Source: an uncultured bacterium (GTDB lineage Bacteria; Zhuqueibacterota; QNDG01; DTFT01). From it: 64,000 nt of DNA. The stretch lies in the NCBI GenBank assembly GCA_963736115.1, contig CAVTNR010000008.1:128001-192000 (forward strand), read 5' to 3'. The notes below the pieces were generated by a model. That model worked only from the letters and a program-made list of their open reading frames with translations. It did no database searches and was not told the DNA's origin. Both the position numbers and the translations under genes were made by a program. Shown piece by piece: positions 62,516 to 64,000 of the stretch; position 1 is the stretch's first letter; each line of letters opens with the position of its first letter.

Positions 62516-63082
62516 TCAGCGTATATGCAGAACCTGCCGCATGGTCGGGAGGATGAGAACCGCGGCCGCTCCGCCTGCGATCGCGGTGAACAGCTGGGGC
62601 AAGGCGAGGGCCGCTGCGGCCTGGGCCGGAACAGCCCGTCCCAGTATGAGCGGCATCCACCACGCGACCGCGGCCGCCAGCCAGGCGAATTTCACTCCAG
62701 CGGCCGGTAAAATCGCGAATGCGTCGGTCAAGCGGCTGACCGGTTTCTTTGGTGCGAGCCGCAATCTCCGGAAAGCGTGAAAGACCAGGACCAGGAGAAT
62801 ATTGCCGACAGCGATGACCGGCAGGAAAGGCCACAGCGGGGGCGGGAGCTGGCCCAGCAGGAGGGCCGGAAAAGGCGTCAGGCATCCGACTACGGCCGCG
62901 GTCCAGGGTCCGAAAAGGGCGGCGGACAGGAACAGGACGCAGTTGACAAATGTCCCGGTGACCGGCTGGGGCAGACCCAGGGCCTGGAAGGCCAGGGTCA
63001 GGCCCAGCATTACGCCGATACGGGTGATGAAAAGGGTTCCGTGTTCCGTGTTCCGGGTTCCGGGTTGAGAAGATGGTTTCAT
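62516..63082 (-). CDS. ECF transporter S component (stand-alone)
   Basis: QPVTGTFVN..L; LTP..A; P.IAVGN; PQLFTAIAGG; start uncertain. Confidence 0.78.
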   Translation of the reverse strand: MKPSSQPGTRNTEHGTLFITRIGVMLGLTLAFQALGLPQPVTGTFVNCVLFLSAALFGPWTAAVVGCLTPFPALLLGQLPPPLWPFLPVIAVGNILLVLVFHAFRRLRLAPKKPVSRLTDAFAILPAAGVKFAWLAAAVAWWMPLILGRAVPAQAAAALALPQLFTAIAGGAAAVLILPTMRQVLHIR

Positions 63083-63270
63083 TCAAGACGACTCGTGTCT
63101 GTGACTGGTTTGAAAAACAGGGTTCCGGGTCGGGAATGAGGATTCATGACAATCCGTCCGCGGTTGAGTTTCTAAAAGTACGATGCCGAAAGTATGTCCG
63201 AAAGGCCCGCGAAAAGAAGCGGGCCATTTCGGACCTACAACTTGGAATACGGAACACGGAACTCGGAACC
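63036..63270. repeat. composite repeat with a second heptamer type (GTTCCGN) flanking a REP
   Basis: TTCCGTG/TTCCGGG array 63036-63066; inverted CGGAAC array 63243-63270; REP 63195-63239. Confidence 0.7.
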
Positions 63271-63365
63271 GCTGGTTTCACCACTCCGTCCTCACCCCGA
63301 CTGCGACATCCCTTCCCGGCCCGTCCCACCAGGTCACGCCCGAAAGCGGGTCCCGGACGCTCCGG

Positions 63366-64000
63366 TCAGGAGCCTGATGCGATCTCCCCGGCCGCAGCTC
63401 CCCATGTCGGAAAAAATACGGAATCCGTCGTCGCCGGGGCGTCCTCCGTCAGGCTTCCCCCGTATCGTTCGCGGCAAGTATGCAATATTTCCGAAAAACG
63501 GCCTTTTCCGAAGGGAGACGGAATCCGCCGGCTCTCCTGGGCGAAGGAAATGAGGATGCCGAGCCGGATGGGCCCTTTTTCCGCATATTCGAGGGCCATC
63601 CAGCGGTTTTGAGCGTCGCAGCGCGTCCGGCAGAACCGGCTTCCAAGCAGCCGCCGCGAGCGGATCCGAATCAGGTCTCTGTACAAAATCCACAGACGGG
63701 AACCCGGACTTCCTTCCGGAAAATCCCAGCGTAATTTTGAGTCCAGGAAAGTCTTTTCCGCAGCGGGGTCCGGAATCTCGGTCCAGCCGAAATGCGCGAA
63801 CTCCCGTTTTCTCCCTTCCCGGACGGCTCGGACCAGATCCGGATCGGAGTGGTCGATGAAATAATGAAAGGGCGTACGCTCGCCGTATTCCTGGCCCATA
63901 AATAAAAGCGGCGTGGCCGGGGATAACAGAAGAAGAAGGGCCGCGAGTTTCTGCTGTTCAAAATCGACCAGGGTGGAGAGCCGATCGCCCGAGGCCCGGT
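63366..64000 (-). CDS. treZ: malto-oligosyltrehalose trehalohydrolase (GH13), C-terminal part
   Basis: PLLFMGQEYGERTPFHYF.DH.DP.L..AVREGRKREF..IPDP..TF..SKL.W. Confidence 0.88.
   Translation of the reverse strand, partial: RASGDRLSTLVDFEQQKLAALLLLLSPATPLLFMGQEYGERTPFHYFIDHSDPDLVRAVREGRKREFAHFGWTEIPDPAAEKTFLDSKLRWDFPEGSPGSRLWILYRDLIRIRSRRLLGSRFCRTRCDAQNRWMALEYAEKGPIRLGILISFAQESRRIPSPFGKGRFSEILHTCRERYGGSLTEDAPATTDSVFFPTWGAAAGEIASGS

Overview
GC-rich chromosomal window with no rRNA, tRNA, CRISPR array or transposase. It most likely comes from an anaerobic FCB-superphylum bacterium (KSB1/Calditrichota/Latescibacterota-like); this is inferred from the short Chlorobi/Bacteroidota-type sigma70, the Chlorobi-like tmRNA tag and a YPNPFN-type sorting domain. 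Housekeeping genes include rpoD-like, ligA, stand-alone fusA and ssrA. The window also holds carbohydrate enzymes (GH78, GH3, TreZ), two two-component loci, two ECF sigma/anti-sigma loci and LysW-pathway lysZ/lysJ. Best candidates for undescribed biology: (1) a Desulfovibrio-type Tat-exported [FeFe]-hydrogenase whose small subunit is fused to a T9SS/FlgD-type C-terminal sorting domain, suggesting a surface-displayed hydrogenase; (2) a TPR-CHAT caspase-like protease split into two separately membrane-anchored genes in reversed order, in an operon with an ECF sigma and a TPR anti-sigma; (3) nested small repeats, including a ~44-bp micro-element inserted in the loops of two different palindromic repeat families; (4) an AT-rich lipoprotein pro-toxin/immunity-like pair; (5) an EgtC-like Ntn hydrolase placed where LysK would be expected. 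Three genes carry frameshifts that may be sequencing errors. All assignments come from motif recognition only; no searches were run.
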